Virus record (IMG/VR): IMGVR_UViG_3300046787_000286
Span: 16,060 to 80,059 of that record
DNA length: 64,000 nucleotides
Source: a virus
Direction: 5' to 3' (one strand)
Under the pieces are notes generated by a model. The model worked only from the letters and a program-made list of their open reading frames with translations. It was not told where the DNA came from and ran no database searches. Each line of letters opens with the position of its first letter. Position 1 is the stretch's first letter. Below are positions 56,569 through 62,855 of the stretch, piece by piece. The translations under genes and the position numbers were made by a program.

Positions 56569-57006
56569 CTACAAGTCTTCTAAATCTTTTATACTCAAAC
56601 TGGCTCGGTTAGTTTTTCCACTGCCCCAGCCAGTTTGCAATCCTTTTAGCATATTTGCTTTTGCCTCTGGGCTAGCGTTTCTGCTACCCCATGTGTCTGT
56701 TTGTGTATGACAGTTAGGACAAAGCCAAGTCACATTGTCAATGGTATTGTTTTTTGGATCGCCGTCGATATGTTCTAACTGGAGAACTAATTTCTTGCCA
56801 TTCCAATCACTAATACCACAACAACTGCACTTATACTCTGAAAATCTCTTTAGATAAGTTTTAGCATTGCCTTTATTGGCTTTGCCACTTTCCATTATAG
56901 TTTTTATCCTATAATCTTGAGTGCATTCTCTACTACAAAAATGCCCTGATTGTTGCGAATCAAAATACTTGTATTCTGTGTTGCAACTTTTACACAATCC
57001 AATCAT
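56569..57006 (-). CDS. HNH homing endonuclease
   Basis: HIDGDPKNNTIDNVTWLCPNCH HNH/zinc motif; N-terminal CxxC..CxxC. Confidence 0.7.
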   Translation of the reverse strand: MIGLCKSCNTEYKYFDSQQSGHFCSRECTQDYRIKTIMESGKANKGNAKTYLKRFSEYKCSCCGISDWNGKKLVLQLEHIDGDPKNNTIDNVTWLCPNCHTQTDTWGSRNASPEAKANMLKGLQTGWGSGKTNRASLSIKDLEDL

Positions 57007-57048
57007 TGGTTAGTTCTCCTTGCATTTATTTAGCAAACTAACCAATAA

Positions 57049-57123
57049 TGGTACTCCGAAGGAGAATCGAACTCCTCTTTCCGCCTTGAAAGGGCAGCGT
57101 CCTAACCGATAGACGACCGGAGC
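57049..57123 (-). tRNA. tRNA-Glu (anticodon TTC), second copy
   Basis: GCTCCGG TC GTCT ATCGGTTA GGAC G CTGCC CTTTCAA GGCGG AAAG AGGAG TTCGATT CTCCT TCGGAGT A CCA. Confidence 0.65.
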
Positions 57124-57632
57124 ATAATAAACACTATACATAAACACATTGGGATGATTGACAACAACCTATCTAGGCTAACCACGCTATCGTCTAGCGA
57201 CTGGCTGTCAAACACATTACAATCCTACCTGGTCCAGCGTGACTACTGATCAAAGCCTAAGCCGATTTCCATCTTTCATGTAACATAGCACGGCTGACAC
57301 GGCTGTCAACATCGCGATGCTATTGTTACCTACTGGGGCGGTAACCCAATGCGTTTGTGTATAGTGTCCGGAACTGAATCCGGATTCACTATACAAAAAT
57401 AAATTTTTAATGAACATTAGCTAGTTGCCTAACTAAGTGTCTAGTATAACATGATTGCCGATACTAGTCAATTTATTTGTTGCAAGTCCTTACACTTTGT
57501 AGGGTTACTTGGTATTCAGTTAGTTGCCTAACTTCCTAACTAGCCTCTAGTATAACACTCTTTTGATAAGTGGTCTACCACAAAATATTAACCCTACGCA
57601 ATGTAGGGTTATGTAATACTTTTGTTTGTAGA

Positions 57633-57708
57633 TGGTCTCCATAGAAGGATTTGAACCTTCACCACATGCTCCCAAAGCATGGACGCTACCAGGTTACGCC
57701 ATACGGAG
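57633..57708 (-). tRNA. tRNA-Pro (anticodon TGG)
   Basis: anticodon arm CATGC-TTTGGGA-GCATG, T arm GAAGG-TTCAAAT-CCTTC. Confidence 0.7.
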
Positions 57709-57713
57709 ATAAA

Positions 57714-57935
57714 TTATTTTACTTTTGGTTCTTTTGATTTGTCAAGCTCATGTGGCTCAGCAAATCTTGTAGGTGGATGGTCAAATGTTAGCCCCATCGA
57801 CTTAAACCAACCTAATGGTTTCCAGTACTTGTGTATAATGTTGTTGACTATAACTAACCCAACAATGATTACAACAAAACCCATCATTGTCAATACTGAC
57901 CCGGCTAAAAATACCGCTGCTTGATCCATGTCCAT
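57714..57935 (-). CDS. small single-pass membrane protein (73 aa)
   Basis: hydrophobic helix GSVLTMMGFVVIIVGLVIV; fits exactly between two tRNAs. Confidence 0.35.
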   Translation of the reverse strand: MDMDQAAVFLAGSVLTMMGFVVIIVGLVIVNNIIHKYWKPLGWFKSMGLTFDHPPTRFAEPHELDKSKEPKVK

Positions 57936-57951
57936 AATTTTTAAAGTCCTT

Positions 57952-58027
57952 TGGAGCGGGCAAAGAGACTCGAACTCTCGACATCTTCCTTGGCAAGGAA
58001 GTGCTCTACCAACTGAGCTATACCCGC
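57952..58027 (-). tRNA. tRNA-Gly (anticodon GCC)
   Basis: GCGGGTA TA GCTC AGTTGGTA GAGC A CTTCC TTGCCAA GGAAG ... Confidence 0.8.
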
Positions 58028-58077
58028 ATTATATTTTACTTATTATACAACACTCTTGCTGTGTTGTAAAGACATTT

Positions 58078-58154
58078 TGGTGCCGCCACGTGAACTCGAA
58101 TCACGGACCTTCCGCTTATCAAGCGGATGCTCTAACCAACTGAGCTATGGAGGC
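58078..58154 (-). tRNA. tRNA-Ile (anticodon GAT)
   Basis: GCCTCCA TA GCTC AGTTGGTTA GAGC A TCCGC TTGATAA GCGGA AGGTC CGTGA TTCGAGT TCACG TGGCGGC A CCA. Confidence 0.8.
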
Positions 58155-58159
58155 ATATT

Positions 58160-58248
58160 TGGAGGAAGGATGGTAGAATCGAACTCCAACCGCTTTCGCA
58201 GTCCATCTGTTTTCAAGACAGTGCAGGGCCCAGCCCTGATAACCTTCC
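58160..58248 (-). tRNA. tRNA-Ser (anticodon TGA)-like, class II, aberrant T-stem
   Basis: GGAAGGT... CTTGAAA anticodon loop, GCGAAAGC variable hairpin; T-stem TGGAG/CTACC pairs poorly and there is an extra nucleotide before the acceptor 3' strand. Confidence 0.4.
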
Positions 58249-58254
58249 ATGTTG

Positions 58255-58328
58255 TGGTCTGGGTAGGAAGAATCGAACTTCCGCATCAAGTATCCAAGAC
58301 TCGGAGACTACCACTATCTTATACCCAG
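58255..58328 (-). tRNA. tRNA with anticodon TGG (Pro-like), second copy
   Basis: acceptor CTGGGTA/TACCCAG, anticodon arm CGAGT-CTTGGAT-ACTTG, T arm GGAAG-TTCGATT-CTTCC. Confidence 0.5.
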
Positions 58329-58335
58329 ATTGTTT

Positions 58336-58410
58336 TGGTGGACCGTAGGAGAATCGAACTCCTGCTAAAGCGTTGCAAACGCCCTGTGCTACCATTATCA
58401 CTAACAGCCC
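58336..58410 (-). tRNA. tRNA-Ala (anticodon TGC), second copy
   Basis: GGGCTGT ... GGGCG TTTGCAA CGCTT ... AGGAG TTCGATT CTCCT ACGGTCC A CCA. Confidence 0.65.
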
Positions 58411-58419
58411 ATAAATTGT

Positions 58420-58493
58420 TGGCACGGGAACTAGGGATCGAACCTAGGACGACAGAGTCAAAGTCTGTTGTGTTACCTCTACACCATTCCCGA
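58420..58493 (-). tRNA. tRNA-Gln (anticodon TTG)
   Basis: D arm GTGT-AGAGGTA-ACAC, anticodon arm ACAGA-CTTTGAC-TCTGT, T arm CTAGG-TTCGATC-CCTAG; T1:T72 mismatch. Confidence 0.65.
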
Positions 58494-58666
58494 ACAAATT
58501 TTTAACGCACTGTTGCCAATGCGTGTATTAAAAAGCACAGATGTCTATGCTCTTTAATACGCTGGGTTTTTTCACACACCACAAAAGGTGCTTCTCATCC
58601 CCCAGGCCGCCCTCATTCTAGATTTTTATAGTGACTCTACGGCTCGCGTTGCCTAACCACTGTTGC

Positions 58667-58822
58667 TTAACCCAAGACCGGAGTCTTGCGTCTAGCCTTA
58701 AACTGTGCTGTTGCACGTTCTAGCTTCTGAGTAATGAGCGTTTGTCTTTGCTCAGAAGTTAAAGTATGCGTCCTCAACCAATCCTTCTTATCGTTGGGTA
58801 TGGATTTTACTATGTCTGTCAT
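58667..58822 (-). CDS. small ORF (51 aa) upstream of the tRNA array
   Basis: MTDIVKSIPNDKKDW...; weak AGGAA RBS. Confidence 0.25.
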   Translation of the reverse strand: MTDIVKSIPNDKKDWLRTHTLTSEQRQTLITQKLERATAQFKARRKTPVLG

Positions 58823-58854
58823 TAATTGTCAATTCCTACTTTAGTTTTACAAAA

Positions 58855-58900
58855 CAAAAAACCCTAGGAGTTTTAGTCCTAGGGTCCTTTAGTTTGTAAG
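58855..58900 (-). terminator. bidirectional hairpin terminator
   Basis: aaaaaa-ccctagga-gttttagt-cctaggg-tcctttagttt. Confidence 0.5.
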
Positions 58901-59067
58901 TTACTTGCTGTTAAGCGTAACCTGCTCCCTCGGACCCTAAGATAATCTCTGGTGTGCGATCATTACTATTCATTCCTGATGCAAACCATACGGCGGGGCA
59001 TGTGCCCAAGCCTTTAGCCTGTGTCTGGAGTGATAACGAATAATAATGTATGTTGTTCATGTTAGTA

Positions 59068-59096
59068 TTATATGTGTTTATTTATACCTTGTCAAC
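59068..59096 (-). promoter_or_regulatory. sigma70 consensus promoter TTGACA-N17-TATAAT
   Basis: -10 at 59068-59073, -35 at 59091-59096; faces the tRNA array. Confidence 0.55.
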
Positions 59097-59145
59097 CTAG
59101 TGTTGAGCTTTTATTTAGCCTTTTGGCAAAATTAGTTTGATTATG

Positions 59146-59328
59146 TTATGATTTTCGTCTAGAACAGTTGGGATCATTGCAAACACTAATTCTCTTGCGA
59201 TCACAGTGTGGACAATCTTTTGCGATCATCCATGTTTTTAAAAACATGGGTTTTTCATTCTTACCCGGTTTATCATTGCCTGAACATTGCGTGTAAATCA
59301 TAATAGCCTCCTTGGCTACTATATACAA
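59146..59328 (-). CDS. small Cys-rich (zinc-ribbon-like) protein
   Basis: strong AAGGAGG RBS; CxxC...CxxC. Confidence 0.5.
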   Translation of the reverse strand: MYIVAKEAIMIYTQCSGNDKPGKNEKPMFLKTWMIAKDCPHCDRKRISVCNDPNCSRRKS

Positions 59329-59361
59329 CGCCTTGCAAGTTACTTACGTTGACACAAAAGG

Positions 59362-59390
59362 TAAAAAAGAATGCCCGCCGAAACGGGCAT
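59362..59390 (-). terminator. intrinsic terminator of the tmRNA gene
   Basis: ATGCCCG-UUUCGG-CGGGCAU followed by UCUUUUUU on the minus strand. Confidence 0.65.
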
Positions 59391-59776
59391 GGTTGTTTAG
59401 GTTACAAGGTAAGTCCTACCCCGGGTGCATGGGTTATTAAGCCAATACAGCAGCACGACGAGCGATTTTTACACCGCGAGCGTTGATAGCTACTTCACCT
59501 TTTGTATTTGCGTTTGCATTTACGTTTTTTTGCGTCTACGGCCGAGTTCCCCCAACCCTACGGCTTCTGCTTTGCCGAGCTGTCCACTTGTTTACTTGTT
59601 GCCCTGTCGAAACCATGGCAGGCCCATTATAAAACACACTATTCCGTTATCCCACGTCTAGAACGATAACTGGGGCTCCGTAGAGCTAATGTGTTTTATG
59701 GTGGACCTGGCGGGAGTCGAACCCGCGTCCAGAACACTTTTCTCTTTGCTTCTTTCCTTACGGTTTTTACAGCAAT
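59365..59776 (-). ncRNA. ssrA: circularly permuted (two-piece) tmRNA gene: acceptor piece (~59699-59776) - intervening hairpin - coding piece (~59365-59625) with tag reading frame 59440..59517
   Basis: 3' acceptor/T-arm GGACGCGGGTTCGACTCCCGCCAGGTCCACCA is nearly identical to the E. coli tmRNA 3' end. Downstream of it on the RNA lie GGGCCUGCCAUGGUUUCGACAGGG (5' acceptor/P2-like), resume codon GCA, the frame ANANTKGEVAINARGVKIARRAAVLA, and UAAUAA. Confidence 0.8.
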
Positions 59777-59782
59777 ACAACA

Positions 59783-59811
59783 ATTATATATGACTTCTTT
59801 TAAAAAGTCAA
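59783..59811 (-). promoter_or_regulatory. sigma70 consensus promoter TTGACT-N17-TATAAT driving ssrA
   Basis: -10 at 59783-59788, -35 at 59806-59811, minus strand. Confidence 0.7.
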
Positions 59812-59814
59812 TAG

Positions 59815-59840
59815 AAAAGCCCACCGAAGTGGGCTTAATA
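59815..59840 (-). terminator. intrinsic terminator after the OMP gene, overlapping the ssrA -35 box
   Basis: AAGCCCAC-UUCG-GUGGGCUU followed by UUCUAUUGACUUUUU. Confidence 0.5.
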
Positions 59841-59856
59841 GTTAATCTAGTTTAGA

Positions 59857-60405
59857 TTAGAAGCCGAAACTTAGACCTAAACCAAATGCTTTCTCTTTGA
59901 TATCCTGAGCAGAACGGCTTGCATTTAAGTTAACTGCAACATTCTTTGCGACTGGCAAAGAGTATGTTGCAAATGAAACTGTTTGCTTAGTACGTGCGCC
60001 GTCTTCAGTTGAACCTACACGAGTCTTTGCACCCAACAACAAGAAGCCTGGACCGACTGGGCGACCATAAGTTGCACCAACTAAGCCATAGTTGAAACTT
60101 GCGCCACCGTTGAAGCCATTGTCATGACCAGCACCGATGAATGGAGTAATACCTGCGATGTTAACCTTGTTGTTAGCAACAGTAGTTTCCAAACTGTTCA
60201 CAACAACGCCGTCATTAAAACGTGCGGTTCGAGATTGCAAGTTGACTTGGTAGTCACCGAAGCCTTTTCCAGCACGAATATATTGGGCTGTGCTGTCAGT
60301 TGCACCTTTGCGACCTTGTACGTTTTCAACGTCAACTGATACAAAGTCTACTGCAAAAGCAGAGCTAGAAATGGCCAAAGCCAAGATTGCGAAGATTTTT
60401 TTCAT
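59857..60405 (-). CDS. outer-membrane beta-barrel protein (OmpX/OmpA-like small OMP)
   Basis: signal peptide MKKIFAILALAISSSAFA; alternating beta-strand pattern; C-terminal ...GLSFGF with a terminal Phe. Confidence 0.55.
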   Translation of the reverse strand: MKKIFAILALAISSSAFAVDFVSVDVENVQGRKGATDSTAQYIRAGKGFGDYQVNLQSRTARFNDGVVVNSLETTVANNKVNIAGITPFIGAGHDNGFNGGASFNYGLVGATYGRPVGPGFLLLGAKTRVGSTEDGARTKQTVSFATYSLPVAKNVAVNLNASRSAQDIKEKAFGLGLSFGF

Positions 60406-60487
60406 GTAATTTCCTTTTAGTTAAAATGACTTGCGTCACTTTACATTATATATTCGTAGCTACGTTAAGTCAAGTAAAAACGACAAA

Positions 60488-61042
60488 TTACTTGTTGGTG
60501 TCTTCTACAGGAACCCATCCTAATTTAAAAAAGTCTTCTCGGATCTCATCTGTGACACAGCTTTCACTAACATACTTGACAATGTCCATGCCTTGCTCTA
60601 GAGCCGATGCTATCTGCTGTTCAGTAAGCTCGCCTTTAATTCCTGAGCAGTACCAATCAATGTAGTCCCCAGACTCTACCATGTCAGCAACAATACCCCC
60701 GGCATAACGCCAGGAGCAAGAGTAAGTTTGCCCTTTCAGCAGCGGCCACACATCATTCTTTTGCCAGTCTTGATTGCACAAGGCAGCATAGATATTTTGT
60801 GCATAGCTTTCACGAGACTTAGCTTTGTCGCAGATCCACTCAGTGCTACGAAGATCATATTCCAAATTGTTCTGTTGCCACTCGGGCTCGGCTTCTTTTT
60901 TCTTAACCATATCACTCCACACACGCTCCCGCTCAATGGTTTGTCGAACTTCTTCATCAGTGTTGGGATCGCGCCCTTCTGCTATTACATCGTCGATGCG
61001 ACACTTGCTGTGAAAGGTACCTTTAATGGGACTTGAGTTCAT
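60488..61042 (-). CDS. hypothetical protein
   Basis: 184 aa ORF with a consensus promoter upstream. Confidence 0.45.
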   Translation of the reverse strand: MNSSPIKGTFHSKCRIDDVIAEGRDPNTDEEVRQTIERERVWSDMVKKKEAEPEWQQNNLEYDLRSTEWICDKAKSRESYAQNIYAALCNQDWQKNDVWPLLKGQTYSCSWRYAGGIVADMVESGDYIDWYCSGIKGELTEQQIASALEQGMDIVKYVSESCVTDEIREDFFKLGWVPVEDTNK

Positions 61043-61143
61043 ATAGCTAAGAAAGTTAAATGGTGCGACTGGAGGATTACGATACCTCGACCCAGCGATT
61101 ATGAGTCGCTTGCTCTTCCTCTGAGCTACAGTCGCTTATGTGT

Positions 61144-61172
61144 ATTATACAACTATCCTAGATAATTGTCAA
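61144..61172 (-). promoter_or_regulatory. sigma70 consensus promoter TTGACA-N17-TATAAT
   Basis: -10 at 61144-61149, -35 at 61167-61172. Confidence 0.55.
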
Positions 61173-61552
61173 TTGTAATTATCTAAAAACTTTTCCAAAT
61201 CGCCGTATAAGTTAACTAACACAGCTTCACGGCTGCTAAAGAAAATTAGTTTAGCGACTCTTTGTTTTTCTACTTTGATGTAGTATGGCATTTGCAGCCT
61301 ACGATCTAACTCTAAAATAGTTTTTTGGTTAAATCTAGACTTTGCCGGAATGTCAAATTCGTAGAACTCTATCTCTAACTCTTTAACAAATGCATCGTAC
61401 CCATGTTTGGTTAAACGCATGCCACCGTTTTCTCTAAAGTTGTACCACCAAGTTATCCTTGCTTGGTCCACAGTCCAACTACCTGGTGGCAGTTTCTCCA
61501 CCAGTTGTCGGGTGAGCTCTACCTTATCGCGCACCTGGGTAGATTTGTTCAC
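61169..61552 (-). CDS. hypothetical protein
   Basis: 127 aa ORF. Confidence 0.4.
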   Translation of the reverse strand: MNKSTQVRDKVELTRQLVEKLPPGSWTVDQARITWWYNFRENGGMRLTKHGYDAFVKELEIEFYEFDIPAKSRFNQKTILELDRRLQMPYYIKVEKQRVAKLIFFSSREAVLVNLYGDLEKFLDNYN

Positions 61553-61820
61553 CTTGTGTTAGTAACACTACAGTGAACTTGTCTGTTTTGAATTGAGTAT
61601 TCAACTTCTTGGCCAAGTTAATAGCATGCCCTGGATTAGAGAATGATACCTTCTTATACTTCGGCCCTGGATATTGCACCAAAAGATTAGAAGTTTTAAG
61701 ATTGATTGGCTTGTTATCATAGAACACTGCCCATACACCCTCACTGGCTAATACCTGCTCAGATTTGTATGTTGCTTTGTCTGTTAGTTCAACAAGAACT
61801 TTTGGTTTAGGTCTACTCAT
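61524..61820 (-). CDS. hypothetical protein
   Basis: 98 aa ORF. Confidence 0.4.
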   Translation of the reverse strand: MSRPKPKVLVELTDKATYKSEQVLASEGVWAVFYDNKPINLKTSNLLVQYPGPKYKKVSFSNPGHAINLAKKLNTQFKTDKFTVVLLTQGEQIYPGAR

Positions 61821-61850
61821 AACAATATTTATCCAAGAAAACGGCGCAGT

Positions 61851-62060
61851 TTACTTAAACGTGCCGCCTTCTATGGAAACTTGTATTATTTCTTCTGCAG
61901 GCTTTGCAGCCATCTGCTCTCGGTAACTTTGTAACTCTAACAAAATTCTTGTGATTTCAGCTGACATTGCCTTAGCATCAGACAACGGAATGCTCATGTC
62001 TCGTAGTCCACGAGCTTCCGTACCTTGTACCCTATCGATAAACTTTTGTAAGTGTATCAT
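61851..62060 (-). CDS. hypothetical protein
   Basis: 69 aa ORF. Confidence 0.35.
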   Translation of the reverse strand: MIHLQKFIDRVQGTEARGLRDMSIPLSDAKAMSAEITRILLELQSYREQMAAKPAEEIIQVSIEGGTFK

Positions 62061-62473
62061 TGCTTTCTAACAAACGGTTTAAGATCAGGTGCTACCCAGC
62101 CCAGCGGCTTGAGTACTTTACCATCTTCGCGCTTGCGTACCATACCTGTTTCACTGTCAATTTTAGCAAAGTTAGTTTTCATAACTTCTTTCCAGGCACC
62201 TTCGGCGTCTGCGCCCATTGAATGTATAGCACCAATAGTAACAACTAAAATGTCAATCAATGCATCCAAGTCGTCTTCCATGGTAACAGAATCTTCTAAT
62301 TCCTGCACTTCTTCTTTGATAAGATTAAAATAGAGTTTATATTGCTCTATATTTTCGCCAGCAGTGGATTGACCACATGCTTGCATAAATTTTTGTTGGT
62401 CCTTAAATGGATTGGTCATTTGCTTCTTCCTTTGTATGAAATGGTCCATGGTATTTGTAACGCTGTAGTGCAA
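62057..62473 (-). CDS. mazG: MazG-like nucleotide pyrophosphohydrolase
   Basis: FMQACGQ...EEVQEL...DALIDILVV...WKEVMKTNFAK pattern of the phage MazG family. Confidence 0.55.
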   Translation of the reverse strand: MHYSVTNTMDHFIQRKKQMTNPFKDQQKFMQACGQSTAGENIEQYKLYFNLIKEEVQELEDSVTMEDDLDALIDILVVTIGAIHSMGADAEGAWKEVMKTNFAKIDSETGMVRKREDGKVLKPLGWVAPDLKPFVRKQ

Positions 62474-62855
62474 TCAACTTTGGGTTTTGAATTGTTTTCC
62501 AATTCTTGCCTCGTTGAATAGTATACCACCCGGCAGCGAACCATGATTTAGATTTGTTAGATTTTGTAAACAACGGTAATCGATGTTTAACGTCCCAAAT
62601 TGGATTGTAAATCCTACCGGCAGTTTCGTAACCGTGTACGTCACCTACCGCAGTTTTCTTTTTTGTTTTAGGAGGCTGCTCGAACACAATATTGTGTAGT
62701 TGAGTAACCATCTTGATAGATTTGTACTGCTGAATAGTATCGTTTAAACGAACTTGAAACCCGCCACTTTGACATGCTTCGACATTGCCTATTTTTTTGT
62801 CGTCTTGTTGTAGAATCCAAAACTGTTTATCAATTACTGGTTTAGCTACGATCAT
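62403..62855 (-). CDS. hypothetical protein
   Basis: 150 aa ORF. Confidence 0.4.
   Translation of the reverse strand: MIVAKPVIDKQFWILQQDDKKIGNVEACQSGGFQVRLNDTIQQYKSIKMVTQLHNIVFEQPPKTKKKTAVGDVHGYETAGRIYNPIWDVKHRLPLFTKSNKSKSWFAAGWYTIQRGKNWKTIQNPKLIALQRYKYHGPFHTKEEANDQSI

Noticed and set aside
56423-56710. 95-aa plus-strand ORF
   Set aside because: It lies antisense to the HNH gene 3' end and the tRNA-like elements. No support.
56361-57006. HNH endonuclease as an ORF inside a group I intron splitting a tRNA
   Set aside because: The tRNA 3'-half-like element downstream has no matching 5' exon (acceptor AGAGCGT plus D arm) upstream of the HNH gene. The HNH gene is better described as free-standing.
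57679-58505. Plus-strand ORFs 57679..57924, 57928..58143 and 58056..58505
   Set aside because: All overlap multiple minus-strand tRNA genes. Artefacts of the GC-rich tRNA sequence.
59365-59776. Reading the tmRNA as a standard one-piece ssrA
   Set aside because: The CCA/T-arm segment is at the transcript 5' side of the GGGCCUG 5'-acceptor strand and tag frame, so the canonical order is impossible. Only the permuted arrangement fits.
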